Source: Paraspadella gotoi (lineage: Eukaryota; Animalia; Chaetognatha). From it: DNA of 64,000 nucleotides. The stretch spans positions 12,813,723 through 12,877,722 of the forward strand of contig CM119263.1 in assembly GCA_051294375.1 (NCBI GenBank), read 5' to 3'. The notes beneath the pieces are model-generated. The model did no database searches. It had not been told where the DNA came from and was given only the letters and a program-made list of their open reading frames with translations. Positions 1 to 12,655 of the stretch are shown here, one piece after another (the first letter of the stretch is position 1; the number at the start of each line of letters is the position of its first letter). A program made the translations under genes and the position numbers.

Positions 1-149
1 ATATATAAAGGAATAAAAAAGTGCGAAGAGGATAGAATTTAAAAATAATGAAAAAAAAAACAAACATGAAATAAAGAAGAAAAGAAGAAAAAAGAAAAAT
101 GAAGAGGAGGAAGAGAAGGCTGGGAGTAGGAGAGGAATCGGGAGGTAGA

Positions 150-479
150 ATCCTCATTAACATTCGAGAGAAGCCGACGGAGAAACAAGGGGACAGCCTT
201 TCACGGGACAGTAAAACCCGGATGTCGAACTCCGGATGTTGTTGAGGACTTGGGGAAGAGGAATACCGTGTTTGGTTTCAGCTTCCGTTTTTTTGTTGTT
301 TTTTTTTTTTCTAGTGGTTAGGACAAATGACAAAGAACTAGTAACGGGACAAGTAGTTCGTTTACTGTTGCGTCAGTATTTGTTTAGTTTTTCCTTTGTT
401 CTGTTTTTTTTTTCTCGCGTTTGACTCGTCGCGTCTTTTAGGTTCAAGGACACACTCGTTTTCCTTCGACGTCGTCGTC

Positions 480-511
<32 letters not shown>

Positions 512-1313
512 TCCTGATCGATATCGTCATCGTCATGATCTTCGTCGTTAGCGAAAATTTCCTTCCTTCTTTTTCCTTTCCTTCATTCCTCTTTTTTGTT
601 ATCTTCGCTTCGTTTCTCTCTTCCACATTTCATTTTCTCAATTTCCTTCAAGTTATTTTTTTTTTCTCTTCTTTACATATTTTTATTCTGTTGACTTTAA
701 CGTCTCCGTCGCCATCTTTCTCCTCCCCGAATGCCGAAGAATTCGTCGCCTCATCGTTTTGTACCCCGCTCTTTTCCCGCCTTTCATCCCGCTTCCCTCG
801 ACGTCCGCTCTCCCTGCCCGCTTCCAAAGCTTCCAGCCGCCTCCCGCCGCCAACGACCGGCGGGTAAAACGGTTTTATCTCGTGAGGCGGCAGGGATGCG
901 CAGGTTGTTGTCAAGTGGGTCATCGTAATTTAGGTCGAAGTCTCGTCTTCATTATCGTCGATGGGTTCGTCGTTAACGGCGTCGTCTCAACCGTCAAAGT
1001 CGGCCTCGTCGTTGTTGTTGTCGTCCATGGCGTCGTCGCCGTCGTCGTGTTCGTCGTCGTCGTGTTCGTCGTCGTCGTGTTCGCCGTCGTCGCCATCGTC
1101 GTCGTCGTCCGGCGCATCGTTACTGTCGTGGGCGTCGACGACCGCGATTTTGTGCCTCTGATGATGGCATTTTTTTTTCGGCGGGAAAGATTGTAGGGGG
1201 GGGAGGAGTCGCATTTGACAACAGGATGGTTCCATGCGTTGTAGCATATTTTTAACGCTGTTTTTTTCCCGTAGATATCGTTGGGATCAACCGCGGTGTT
1301 TTTAATATAATAC
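150..1313 (-). CDS. Probable large exon: Thr-rich mucin-like and charged low-complexity region, frameshifted; duplicate near 7050-8335
   Basis: From a TAG acceptor near 1314 it reads EYYIKNTAVDPNDIYGKKTALKICYNAWNHPVVKCDSSPP, then after homopolymer slips TTTTMATTANTTTTNTTTT...VETTPLTTNPST and Lys/Glu/Asp-rich stretches. The 3' boundary is approximate. Confidence 0.4.
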
Positions 1314-1778
1314 TCTAGATTAACTTTTGCTCCTTTCTTACGTTTTTTCTTATTTTCTCGCTTTGTTTGTCTTCATTTTTTTTTATTACGTGCTTTTCAC
1401 CCAAGCGATTTTCCGAGCCTTTTGACCTCAATCGCCTTTATACGCAGCTTTCTAACCTTTCCCGACCCGTACTCCCCCCTATTGCTGACCCCATTTTCAT
1501 TCTCCCTCTTACTCTTTGACCCTTTTCTTCCATTTTCGTCTCCCCCTCCCCCCCCTCTTACCCTCCTATTCTCCGTCTCATATTTTTGCTTCTAATTTGG
1601 AAAAATGAGTTTCCGCTTTCGTCGTTTCGATCCTCAGTGTATCGTCGCTCGTTGGAAATCGAATAGTTTGCTTTCCTCTCTCTCATCTCTCTTCTCTCTC
1701 TCTCTTGCTCATTCTCATCTCTCATCTCTCTCTCTTCTCTCTCCTCACTCTCTCGTCTCGCTCTTCTATCTCTCTCAC

Positions 1779-2209
1779 CAGCTACGTCCTCCCGTCCCCC
1801 CAGGCCTGTTTCTTCGGCGCCATTTCTCCTTGTTTTCCTCCTTTTGTTTCTTCCCCGTGTTTTTTCTTGTTGTTGATCTCCTCTGTATTTGTTAAACTAT
1901 CGCCGTTTGTTTACAGCCTCATCTCGTAGTCATCGTCGACGTCTTCTTCCCCATTTTTCTCCTTCCCTTTCATGTCCGCCGTCTTCTTCTTCTTCTCTCA
2001 GTTTTTTTCTCCTTCTTCACGTTCCGCTCTTCTGCTCTTCTCTCCTAAGTTCTTTCATATTCTCCTTCCTTATTTTCCTATCGCTCTACTTTTCCAGTTT
2101 TTTTTTTCCGGGACTTGAAAATTCCGGCCAAAAAATTTCAGTTTTCGCGGGCGAGAGTCTCGCTGATTTACATTGTCGCGAGTTGAAATTTTATTTTGTG
2201 TGAGAGGAC
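1779..2209 (-). CDS. Probable Glu/Lys-rich exon, frameshifted; duplicate near 8800-9265
   Basis: CAG acceptor at 2212-2210 and G|GTGAGA donor near 1778. Reads GPLTQNKISTRDNVNQRDSRPRKLKFFGRNFQVPEKK... with indel breaks. Confidence 0.35.
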
Positions 2210-2705
2210 CTGTGTGTCTCTATAGGAAAANNNNNNNNNNNNNNNNNNNNNNNNNCCAGACGACGACGACGAGGATGCGGTCGACTCGCAGACGTTGTTG
2301 CCGCGAATCGTGGCGAGAGAGGGTCCATCCCTAAAAACTCGCCTCAAACAACCTGATAGTGATATTTAAAATTGATTTAATAGTTGTCTTTCTTGTAGAT
2401 TTATAGTTGAATTTTATATAATAGTCATTTGTACTTACTATCGCTAAAGGTGAGAGATAGCACCTGAATCTCAGCAGTCGTCCAAACTCAAACCGCACGA
2501 CTCCGCGAGCTCGACACACCGACGCAAAGGAACGAGAGCCATTTCGTCGTTTTTAAGAAAAAAATATAAAAAATGATACGTATTCTGTCAAGGATGCAAA
2601 CGGACTACGCCAATTTTTACATGCTCCTACTTTACCTACAGTCAAAAGTGCACAACGCTGCAGAGCAGGTTTTGACACAGCTAATTATCTAATCTATCCG
2701 CAGTT

Positions 2706-2741
<36 letters not shown>

Positions 2742-2964
2742 CGTTGCAGACCCGACGACAGCTGCAAGAGCGGAATCCTCGCATCTTTCGCTCTTTCGAT
2801 CGGTTTTTTTCTTAAGATTACATTTCTCAGAAATATCAATATTAGAAGTAAGATTTTTTTTCTCTCGATTTTGGTCTCGAGATTTTGAGATCGAGCTCAA
2901 GGGTAATGCAACATATAAGTATTGTTACTGGTTGATATTTAGAGTCGGAGTTCGAATCGGACAG

Positions 2965-3194
2965 ACTCTTCATATTTTTTGACTCCCAAGTTCAGGAAAC
3001 AAAAATTTTGGAGTGCGGGACAGAGTCAGAGTCTCAAGAGGGACAGAGAGAGAGAGAGTCAGAGTCGAAACCTCGAATTTTGTCCCGCGGAACTCTTCTT
3101 ACTTTTTTTGACTCCAATTTTCAGGAAACAAAATTTTGGAGCGCGGGACAGAGTCTCAAAAGATAGAGAGAGAGAGAGAGAGAGATCGAATGTC

Positions 3195-3241
<47 letters not shown>

Positions 3242-3290
3242 CTCGACTCGAATGTTAGATCGCGGAGCTTTTCATACTTTTTGACTCCAA
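2965..3290. repeat. Short tandem repeat, ~130-175-bp unit, 2-3 copies with (AG)n
   Basis: TTTTTGACTCCA..TTCAGGAAACAAAA(A)TTTTGGAG.GCGGGACAGAGTC near 2976 and 3105; partial third copy near 3278. Confidence 0.7.
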
Positions 3291-4133
3291 CCTTTAAAAG
3301 TTTTTCTCGAGAGACGGAAATTATGAGGCAGCTCGAATCATTTTGAGATTTTCCCTCGAAAAATCGCAAATTGTCTGAATTGGCACTTTTCTATACTACT
3401 GATAATTGATAATTTTATAAGTTTTTATTAATTTTGACCAAAAAAATTATAAGAATTTTCAAAGGATGTAATTAGATTTTTTTAAAATGTTCGTGCTCTA
3501 TCAGAATTCTTAAATAACTTAAGACTGATCATTTTTATTTTCATATATTTTGTAATTTTTTATTTTTTTTTTAAATTTTTTTTTTCTTTTATTTTTTTTG
3601 GTTTGTTTTATATCCTCTTTTCCTTAGCTGCCCAATTTTCTTGTATTACCTTTTTTCTGCACTTTCATTGACTGTTTCCGTTTTTTCTTCTAACTTTCAA
3701 TCTTCACATTCACGGCAGCCAAATCACCGGAAATTCTTAACGGTGAACGTCTGCAATTTCGCAGTCTTTTGGTTACCCTTAAGAAACGACTGGCAGAATT
3801 TAAACCCTTTCGTTCCTTGTTTTAAACTTTTCGTCCAGTTTTGACAGCAAAGACCATTTCTGGAAAAATACTGTAATTACGACTAGCTTAATTTTCGATC
3901 ATCAATACAGTGAGCAAGGGGGAAAAAAAATCTTCCAGCTCCCTACTCTTTCTCAACCCTCTCCTCCAGACTTTTTCCCCTCAAGTTAAAACAATTGTCT
4001 CCCCATACTAAAGCCAAAATCCCCGGGCTTTAAACCTAAACTGTCCAACGTTAAACATTCTTAAATAATAACATCCTTAATGTTAAAAACTTTTCAATCT
4101 CTTCCCTACAAAAAACCCAAACACCCCATCGGG

Positions 4134-4266
4134 CTTTTCTTCCAACAGTCACCGCTCTCACCGCGCTAAGTCTTCTTTTCCTTTCCTCCTTTTTTCTTCC
4201 AACAGTATCCGCTCTCAACCGCGCTAAGTTCTTCTTTTCCTTTCCTCCCTTTTTTTCTTCCAACTT
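4134..4266. repeat. ~58-bp tandem repeat, 2+ copies
   Basis: TTTTCTTCCAACAGT..CCGCTCTCA(A)CCGCGCTAAGT(T)CTTCTTTTCCTTTCCTCC is repeated. Confidence 0.8.
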
Positions 4267-4772
4267 TCTCTCTCTTCCTCCGCCGTTGTTGTCGCCGCTA
4301 ATCATATTTTCGCCTCATTGATTTTTGATGTTCGCGTTATGGTGGAGATTTCATTGGAAATGTCTGAGGAGAAAGAGATTCCGAGACGAGGCGAGGGTGA
4401 GAGAGAGAGGGGGGAAGTGCTAGAGAGTGGGGTGAGAAAGGCTGGAAAACTCGGAGTGGTAAATGGGTAGCGAAGGTTTGGAAAGATCGTAAGAGAGAGA
4501 AGTGTTAGAAAAGTAAGAGAAAGACGGTTTTGAATTTTACGGGAGGTGGTTAACTGAGGCAGGCAGTTAAATTTGGCGGTAAACGGTGGCGGACACAGCT
4601 CAAAAAAAAGTGGAAAAAGAAGAAAAAAACATCAACGTCAGCGAATTTATCAGAATTTTTTTTCGAGAAAAAAAAAGTAAGGGTAATAGGAATGTACGGC
4701 TTTTACCAACGTTAATAAGAATGGGATTAGAGAGAGAAAACGAGAGGTTGGGGGAGAAAATGAGACAGAGGA

Positions 4773-4818
<46 letters not shown>

Positions 4819-5305
4819 GAGAGAGAGATTCTCGTGGCCTTTGATCGTTCGACTCGTTTTTTCACGCGCGGATTTTGGGGTGGAAAAGCGCCAAAGGAAG
4901 GCGGAGAGACTCTTGAAAGCCTTTTCGAGTCGCGAGTCTAGTTTGACCAGGTTCGTTCGGATGTGGGTGAAGTTTTGCTTTGGGCTTAGTGCCGCTATGG
5001 TGACAGGAAAAATAACATGCTTCTATGGGAAAATTTTAACGAAAAAAATTGACTGACAAAATGATCTAGCCCGGCCTGGAATTTAAGATTTCAGAAAAAA
5101 TTGATATCATTTTACAATTTAATAGGAAAAAAAAAAAAAAACAATAAAGGAAGCCTGAAAATAAAACATTACCTGAATTTATTTTTCTTTTAAAAATTAG
5201 TGATAAACCTAACGCTCATTGCCCTAATCAAACGGAATGACAAATATTGCTCCAAAATCCCACCGCGTCCGCCCTGAGTCACCAGACTACGGATGTCGGC
5301 CTCAC

Positions 5306-5383
5306 CTGTGTGCGAGCAGGAGCCGAGGTAGTATTCGCCCGCGTCGTTACCGTGACGGCCAGAGACGCGTTGGCTGAAAAAAC
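5306..5383 (-). CDS. Exon of F-type lectin (fucolectin/FTP) domain: ANASLAV[D]GNDAGEYYLGSCSHT
   Basis: CAG acceptor at 5386-5384 (alternative 5376-5374) and G|GTGAGG donor at 5305. The frames join into the F-type lectin signature AS.AVDG...GSCSHT if one G is restored near 5353. Confidence 0.7.
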
Positions 5384-5704
5384 CTGGAATCGTCAATAAC
5401 AGAAATAGATAATTAGGATAGAAAAAAAAGATTAATAAAAAAAAAAAACATCAAATAAAAAAAAGATATATGCGGAAGTAAGGAGTATTATGTGGAATCG
5501 ATGACATAGGTCCGGTACTAGATTAAATTAGTGAGGCACTTAGCAGATACCGGTGGTAGTCGCCTCATTAGGAATATTCATGTATGGCTTTATTTTAAAG
5601 TAGAAATACTCTCCTTTAAAAAAAACACGATAATTCCTCAAGAACCAAACGGCCTAATCCTACGGCCTTGAGAGAACGTCCAAAAAAAAAAGAGAGTGAT
5701 TTAC

Positions 5705-5810
5705 CTTTGTTGGTGAGAACGGATGATTGGTAGGCAGGTTTGGCGAGAGCTAGATTGATTCTCATTCTGGGAGTTGGTTGAACCGGCGCGGTGAGACGTC
5801 GTATAGATGA
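5705..5810 (-). CDS. Exon with the start of an F-type lectin domain (INLALAKPAYQSSVLTNK)
   Basis: Polypyrimidine tract + CAG acceptor (5813-5811) and G|GTAAAT donor. NLAL.KPA.QSS is the N-terminal motif of F-type lectin domains. The phase-1 donor fits the 5383 exon. Confidence 0.72.
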
Positions 5811-5989
5811 CTGTGAGAAGGAGAGAGAGCGAGAGGAAAAGATTAATCGAAGAAATTTCTTGATTCTTCGACGCATGATAAATTTATTAGTGATTGATTT
5901 GCTCGATTGTTTGATTGCTTGATTGCATGATCGATGGATGGACTCCCATGTAAATGTTGAGAAAATGAAAACCTGTGTTCCTTCTCTCT

Positions 5990-6027
<38 letters not shown>

Positions 6028-6068
6028 TCTCTCTCTCTCTTCTCTCTCTCTCTCTCTCTCTCTCACAC

Positions 6069-6220
6069 CTGTAGACTCGTGGTTAGATGATTGTGAGTTA
6101 AGCTCGGCCACGCGCCTGGCGAGGGGGCCGAGGGGTGGATCTCTCGCTAAGGCCCACAACTGGTTGTAGGGGTTTGTGCCGGAGCTCGGCGCGAAGTGGA
6201 GGCGGCGACACTTTGAAATT
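6069..6220 (-). CDS. Probable linker exon of the same gene (ISKCRRLHFAPSSGTNPYNQLWALARDPPLG...NHEST)
   Basis: GC-rich open segment bounded by a CAG acceptor (6223-6221) and a G|GTGTGA donor. No recognisable domain. Confidence 0.45.
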
Positions 6221-6897
6221 CTGGATTTGAGGGGAGAAGGAGGAAAATGTTGTCATATTATATATATATATAACTAGAATAAAGCAAACATTAGACTATC
6301 GAAATTTAAATTCTTTGTTTTCATAAAGTTTAGATTCAAAAAAAATTTTCGATTGGAAACCTGAAAAGATTTAAAAAAAAGAAAAAAAACATGACTAAAG
6401 TTCTAAAAAAGATAAAAAAATGGTTGTTTTGGGAATTCGCTATAGAAAAGAAAATGCGAGGCAACTGATTTTAGAATTCGAGCCTTTCCTAGTCTAGCAT
6501 ATGCAGGAAAGAGGAAAACTTTAAGAGAGAGAAATGCTGAGAGAGAGAGAGAGAGATAAAGTGACGGAGAAAAACAGACAAAAATGAAAAAAGAGAGAAA
6601 GAGGAAAAGGGAAAGAGGTCCTTGCGTCTGTCTACCTTTTGTTTATGATTAATCTCAAGATAACTTGCTTTGTTGAGGGAGGAATGGAAAATGACAAGGG
6701 AGCATGAACAAGAGTATGACAAGAGTACCCATAACCCATATTTGAAATTTTCGTTGCCTTTTGGGGACGATGGTAGAGAGGGACCGGCCAAAAAAAAAGG
6801 GGAAAGTGATCGTGAGAGAGAAAAGGAGAAATAAGAAAGAGGTTTAAAAGACACAGAGCGAAAAAACAACCTGTGTTAATAACTGGTTTTTAGTAAA

Positions 6898-8748
6898 ATA
6901 TATAAAGGAATAAAAAAGTGCGAAGAGATAGAATTTAAAAATAATGAAAAAAAAAAAAAACAAACATAATAAAGAAGAAAAGAAGAAAAAAGAAAACATG
7001 AAGAGGAGGAAGAGAAGGGCGGGAGTAGGAGAGGAATCGGGAGGTAGAATCTCATTAACATTCGAGAGAAGCCGACGAGAGAGAAACAAGGGGACAGCCT
7101 TCACGGACAGTAAAAACCCGGATGTCGAACTCCGGATGTTGTTTGAAGGACTTGAGGGAAGAGGAATAACCGTGTTTGCGTTTTCAGCTTCCGTTTTTTT
7201 CGTTGTTTTTTTTTTTTATTCTAGTGCGTTTAGGACAAAATGACAAGAACTAGTAACGGGGACAAGTAGTTCGTTTTTACTGTTTGGTCAGTATTTGTTT
7301 AGTTTTTCCTTGTCTGTTTTTTTTTTCTCCGCGTTTGACTCGTCGCGTCTTTTTAGCCGTTCAAAGGACACAACTCGTTTTCTTCGAACGTCGTTCGTCC
7401 TCGTCGTCGTCGTCGTCGTTCGTCGTTCGTATTCCTGATGATATCGTATCGTCATGATCTTCGTCGTTAGCGAAAATTTTTCCTTCCTTCTTTTTTCCTT
7501 CCTCATTCTCTTTTTTCGTTATCTTCGCTTTCAGTTTCTCTCTTCCACATTTCATTTTCTCAATTTCCTTTCAAGCTTATTTTTTTTTTCTCTTCTTTAC
7601 ATATTTTTATCTGTTGAACTTTAACGGTCTCCGTCCGCCATCTTCTCCTCCCCGGAATGCCGAAGAATTTCGTCGCCCTCATCGTTTTGCTACCCCGCTC
7701 TTTTCCCGCCTTTCATCCCGCCTTCCCTTCGACTCCGTCTCCGCTCTCCCTGCCCCGCTTCCAAAGCTTCCAGCGGGCCTACCCGCCGCCCCCCCACCGC
7801 CGACCTGCCCGCCGCTCCCCGCCGCCAACGACCGGCGCGGGGTTTTTAAAACGGTTTTTATCTCGTGAGAGGTGGCAGGAGGATGCGCAGGTTCGTGTCA
7901 AGTGGGTCATCGCCCTCCCAATTTAGGTCGAAGTCTCGTCTTCATTATCGTCGACTGGGGTTTCGTCGTTAACGGCGTCGTCTCAACCGTGCAAAGTCGG
8001 CCCTCGTCGTTGTTTGTTTGGATCCGTCCCATGGCGTGTCGCCGTCGTCGGTGTTCGTTCGTCGTCTGTCGGTTCGTTCGTCGTCGTTGTTCGCCGTCGT
8101 CGGCCATTCGTCTCGTCGTCCGGCGCATCGTTACTGTCGTGGGCGTCGACGACCGCGATTTTTGTCCTCTGATGATGGCATTTTTTTTTTCGGCGGCGAA
8201 AGATTGTTAGGGGGGGGAGGAGTCGCCATTTGCAACAGGATGGTTCCATTGCGCTTGTAGCATATTTTTAAACGTGTTTTTTTCCCGTAGATCAATCGTT
8301 GGGATCAACCCGCCGGTGTTTTAATATAATACTCTAGATTAAACTTTTGCCTTCCTTTCTTACGTTTTTTCTTATTTTCTTAAGCTTTGTTTGTCTTCAT
8401 TTTTTTTTTTATTACGTGCTTTTCACCCAAGCTATTTTCCGAGCCTTTTGACCTCAATCGCCTTTATAAACGCAGCTTTCTAACCTTCCCGACCCGTTTT
8501 ACTCCCCCTATGCTGACCCCATTTTCATTCTCCCTCTTACTCTTTGACCCTTTTCTTCCATTTTCGTCTCCCCCTCCCACCCCCTCTTACCCTCCTATCT
8601 CTCCGTCTTCATTATTTTTGCTTCTAATTTGGAAAAATTTGAGTTTCCCCTTTCGTCGTTTCGATCCTCAGTGTTTCGTCGCTCGTTGGAATCGAATAGT
8701 TTGCTTTCCTCTCTCTCTCTCTCTTCTCTCTCTCTCTTCTCTCTCTCA

Positions 8749-8782
<34 letters not shown>

Positions 8783-9287
8783 CTCTCTTCTCTCTTCTCA
8801 AGCTACGTCCTCCCGTCCCCCCAGGCCTGTTTCTTCGGCGCCAATTCTCCTTTGTTCCTCCTTTTTTCTTTCCCGTTGTTTTTTCTTTGTTGTTGATTCT
8901 CCTCTGTATTTTGTTAAACTATCGCCGTTTGTTTACAGCCTCATCTCGTTAGTTCATCGTCGACGTCCTTCTTTCCCATTTTCTCCTTTCCCTTTCATGT
9001 CCCGCCGTCCTTACATTCTTTCTTCTCTCAGTTTTTTCTCCTTCTTCACGTTTCCGCTCTTCTTGCTCTTCTCTTCCTCAAGTTCTTTCATATTCTCCTT
9101 CCTTATTTTCCTATCCGCTCATAACTTTTCCAGTTTTCTTTTTTCCGGGACGTTTGAAAATTCCGGCCAAAAAAATTTTCAGTTTTCGCGGCGCGAGAGT
9201 CTTACGCTGATCTTACATTTGTCGACGATACACGGGTTTTGAAATTATTTGTGTGGAGAGGGACCTGCTGTGTCTCTTATAGGAAAA
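6898..9287. repeat. Copy B of the ~2.3-kb direct duplication (more indel-rich)
   Basis: Aligns by eye to 1-2230 with many single-base insertions, typical of unpolished long-read sequence. Confidence 0.95.
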
Positions 9288-9321
9288 AAGGGAGAGGGGG
9301 AGGGAGGAGGCGGGAGAGAGA

Positions 9322-9368
<47 letters not shown>

Positions 9369-9378
<10 letters not shown>

Positions 9379-10275
9379 TGAAGAGAGAGAAATATCTTCC
9401 CTTACTGATTTATTTTCCGTTCTCTTTCCTCACGTGTTTCCTTTTTTGACTTCAGATAGTTTTATATTCTGTTCAGAAGAAAAGGCAGTTCTCTCCCCTT
9501 TTTTTTTGCAAACGTAGAAATGAGTCGCGCTCATTTTTTTCTCTCTTCTTTCATCAATCCTTGTTAAATTTTTTGTTAGTTTCTCGGTAGGACAACAAAT
9601 GAGACTCAATTTACTTTATAGATAAAAATTTAATTTAATACATCTGGAAATTGGCTTTTAATAATGGAAAGAAACTTTGGTCTTGTGGACGGCTGATCGA
9701 TCAATCGTGTCGAGGATTCCGATTCGCCAAAATCGAGGACAACGACGAAAATGACGAAAGTGGCAGTGATTATTGGAACATTCTCTCTCTCTCTCTCTCT
9801 NNNNNNNNNNNNNNNNNNNNNNNNNAGGAGAAGAGGAGAGAGATGAAGAGAGAGAAATATCTTCCCTTAGCTGATTTATTTTCGTTCTCTTCCTCACGGT
9901 TTCCCTTTTTGAACTTCAGATAGTTTATATTCTGTTCAGAAGAAAAGGCAGTTCTCTCCCCTTTTTTTTTGCAAACGTAGAAGAAATGACGTCGCTACGT
10001 TTTTTTTCTCTCTTCTTTCATCAATCCTTGTTTAAATTTTTTGTTGAGTTTCTCGGTAGGACAACAAATTGAGACTCAATTACTTTATAGATAAAAATTT
10101 AATTAATAACATCTGGACAATTCTTTTAATAATGGAAAGAAACTTGGTCTTTGGACGGCTGATCGAATCAATTCGTGTCGAGGATTCCGATTCGCCAAAA
10201 ATCGAGGACAAACGACCGGGAAAAGCGAAAGTTGGCAGTGATTATATGGAACATCCCCTCTCCTCTCTCTCTCTC
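9369..10275. repeat. ~430-bp tandem duplication straddling the 25-N gap (about 9369-9800 vs 9826-10275)
   Basis: AGGAGAGAGATGAAGAGAGAGAAATATC...GGCAGTGATTAT(A)TGGAACAT occurs on both sides of the gap with indel differences. Confidence 0.9.
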
Positions 10276-10279
10276 TCTC

Positions 10280-10331
<52 letters not shown>

Positions 10332-10824
10332 ATTAGTTTTATTCGACGTTTCGGGATTTTATATTCGGATTAGTTTTGACAATTAATCTGACGTTACAAA
10401 GCAGCGTCTGTCAGACCATGACAGAAAACATATATATATGTCAAACCTAAAAGAATTTGAGAGATAACGTTTTCCCTAATTCTTCCCATTTTACAGTTTT
10501 ATATTTCTTATCTATCCGGGATTTTATCTATCCGGGATTTTTTCACTCTAAAAATCCTTCCCGCTTTCAATCATCCACGTTCCCCCGACGACCGACTGCT
10601 CACCGCCCTACCGTCCACTCCCCTGCGACCGTCTCCGACTCTCCGCCCGCCGAATCGTCGTTCCAGCCTCGGCTTTCATCGCGTCTCTCGCACCGGATGT
10701 TAATGACGCATCCGCCACAGTTTGCCCTTTTGATCCGCCCGCTCCGTGACCTCGGAAGACCCCGGCATGGAATTTCTCCCTCTTACTTTCTCTCCCTCGA
10801 ATTTTTTTTCTTTCAGTCCTTCTT

Positions 10825-10855
<31 letters not shown>

Positions 10856-11222
10856 TTTATTTTTTTTCTCGTAATGTTGATGTTAAACATTTTTCCTGCT
10901 TATTTTAAGGTATTATATATTTCTTTGTCCGTAGATAGTTTAGGGTTGGTTAGGTTTGACAATGATGTACTTTAACCGGGTATTTTCAGTTTATTGTCAT
11001 TTCTTTCTCTTTACGAGAATTACGCCATATTATTTGTTTTCAGTTGAATTCTATTTAAAGATCTACTATTCTTCCCCGTTGCGATCATCCGACTCTCCAA
11101 CAGTAATAGTAGCTCACTCCATCTTTGGTGTCAGCTGACTGGGTCTAAAATGTGATTGAAAATTTACGTGATCTGAAAGGCAAAAGCTCAAGAAATATTT
11201 TTCTCTGTTATTTACCTCCTGC

Positions 11223-11315
<93 letters not shown>

Positions 11316-11656
11316 ATAACAACTATGAATATATATACAAATAGAAAAAAGAATTTGAGAAAAGAAGAAAGAAAAAAAAATATCAGAAGGTGGTGTAAGA
11401 AATAAAGGGAATGGCAAAAAAAAAGGACAAAGTAAAACTTAAAAGATGTTCAAATACTTTGATACTGCTAGAATGCTTCGAACTCCCTCTCACAGTCAAA
11501 GTCGTCCCTTCGTTCCAAAAGAGAGACTTTCATTAAATCCGTGGATGGAAAGGAAGGATGCAAAGAAGTTGATAAGAAAAAAGTCTTTCCGCGTCGCAAT
11601 CGAAACTGGAAACTCCCAACTTTTAATTAAAGGTCCGGGCTGAGAGAGGAGAGAGA

Positions 11657-11728
<72 letters not shown>

Positions 11729-12353
11729 TAATCAGATTGAGAAAAAAAAAAGAGAAATCGTGAGAACGTATAGAAAAAGTGGGTCAGAGAAAGATGGTGG
11801 GAAAGAAAGTGAAAGAAGGAAAAAAGGGAAAGTGGGTGAATTTGTTGCGTCCCACTTCATCGCACCATAACAGAAAACCATGCAGATGTGAACGCCAATG
11901 GGACCAGAGCGAGTCCCAACACAATTTTCATTCTTTCTGATTTTCGCCTCTATCTTTCTTTCTCTATCCCTTTCACTCATTTTGTCGGATTTCCCTCAAA
12001 GACTAAACCTCTAAAGAGAGACATCCACTTATCTCTCTCTCTCTGTCTTTACCCCCCTATCTCAGTCACTCTCTCTTTATCCTTCTCCCTCTCATTCCAT
12101 CGTCACGCTGGCAATCCCCTGGCGTACATTTTCTTTTAATCATTAACTCGGAGCGAAATTTCCCGGCTTTAACGAGTTTTTCCTCCAACGCTCAGGATTT
12201 TGCGAAAAAGACTGCGGAAACGAAAAAGATCTAGATAATGAGATTTCGTTTTAGCCGATGTGCGACTTGAATTCGTTTTACGTATTGAAAAAAATTGTCG
12301 ATCTTAGGAATCGAGCTGTTAATAGACCAATGGGAAAATTGAGAGCGTACACT

Positions 12354-12419
<66 letters not shown>

Positions 12420-12468
12420 TGCAATATGTAATTTAATATAGTGAAAAGACTTTCGTTTTGGTGCGTTT

Positions 12469-12655
12469 AAAATTAGGAGAGAAAACAAAGTTTTTTTTGT
12501 ATACAAACAACGAGTTTTATTTTGAAACGGACATGTTTCGACTCTTTTTTTTAACATTGCGCTGAAGAAGACTCGAAAAAAGAGTTGAAACATGTCCGTT
12601 TCAAAATACTCGTTGTTTGTAAATAAAAAATAGACTCGGTTTTATCTCGTAATTT
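12469..12655. repeat. Imperfect ~80-bp inverted repeat made from the hammerhead-bearing element end
   Basis: ACAAACAACGAGTTTTATTTTGAAACGGACATGTTTCGACTC is the reverse complement of GAGTTGAAACATGTCCGTTTCAAAATACTCGTTGTTTGT. Confidence 0.85.
12559..12599 (+). ncRNA. Minimal type I hammerhead ribozyme (Penelope-associated type)
   Basis: GCG-CTGAAGA-A-GACTC[GAAAAAA]GAGTT-GAAA-CATG-TC-CGT: conserved core, stem II, palindromic ACATGT stem III, GUC cleavage triplet. Confidence 0.85.

Larger units (their letters stand above)
1..2230. repeat. Copy A of a ~2.3-kb direct duplication (copy B at 6898-9287)
   Basis: Colinear from ATATATAAAGGAATAAAAAAGTGCGAAG (1 and 6898) to TATAGGAAAA (2230 and 9287). Differences are mostly 1-bp indels. 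Copy A ends at a 25-N gap. Confidence 0.95.

Noticed and set aside
2256-2331. Possible downstream lectin exon after a TTTTTAG acceptor (minus strand)
   Set aside because: No frame gives the expected PWW.VDL or R.D.C motifs, and it is cut by a gap.
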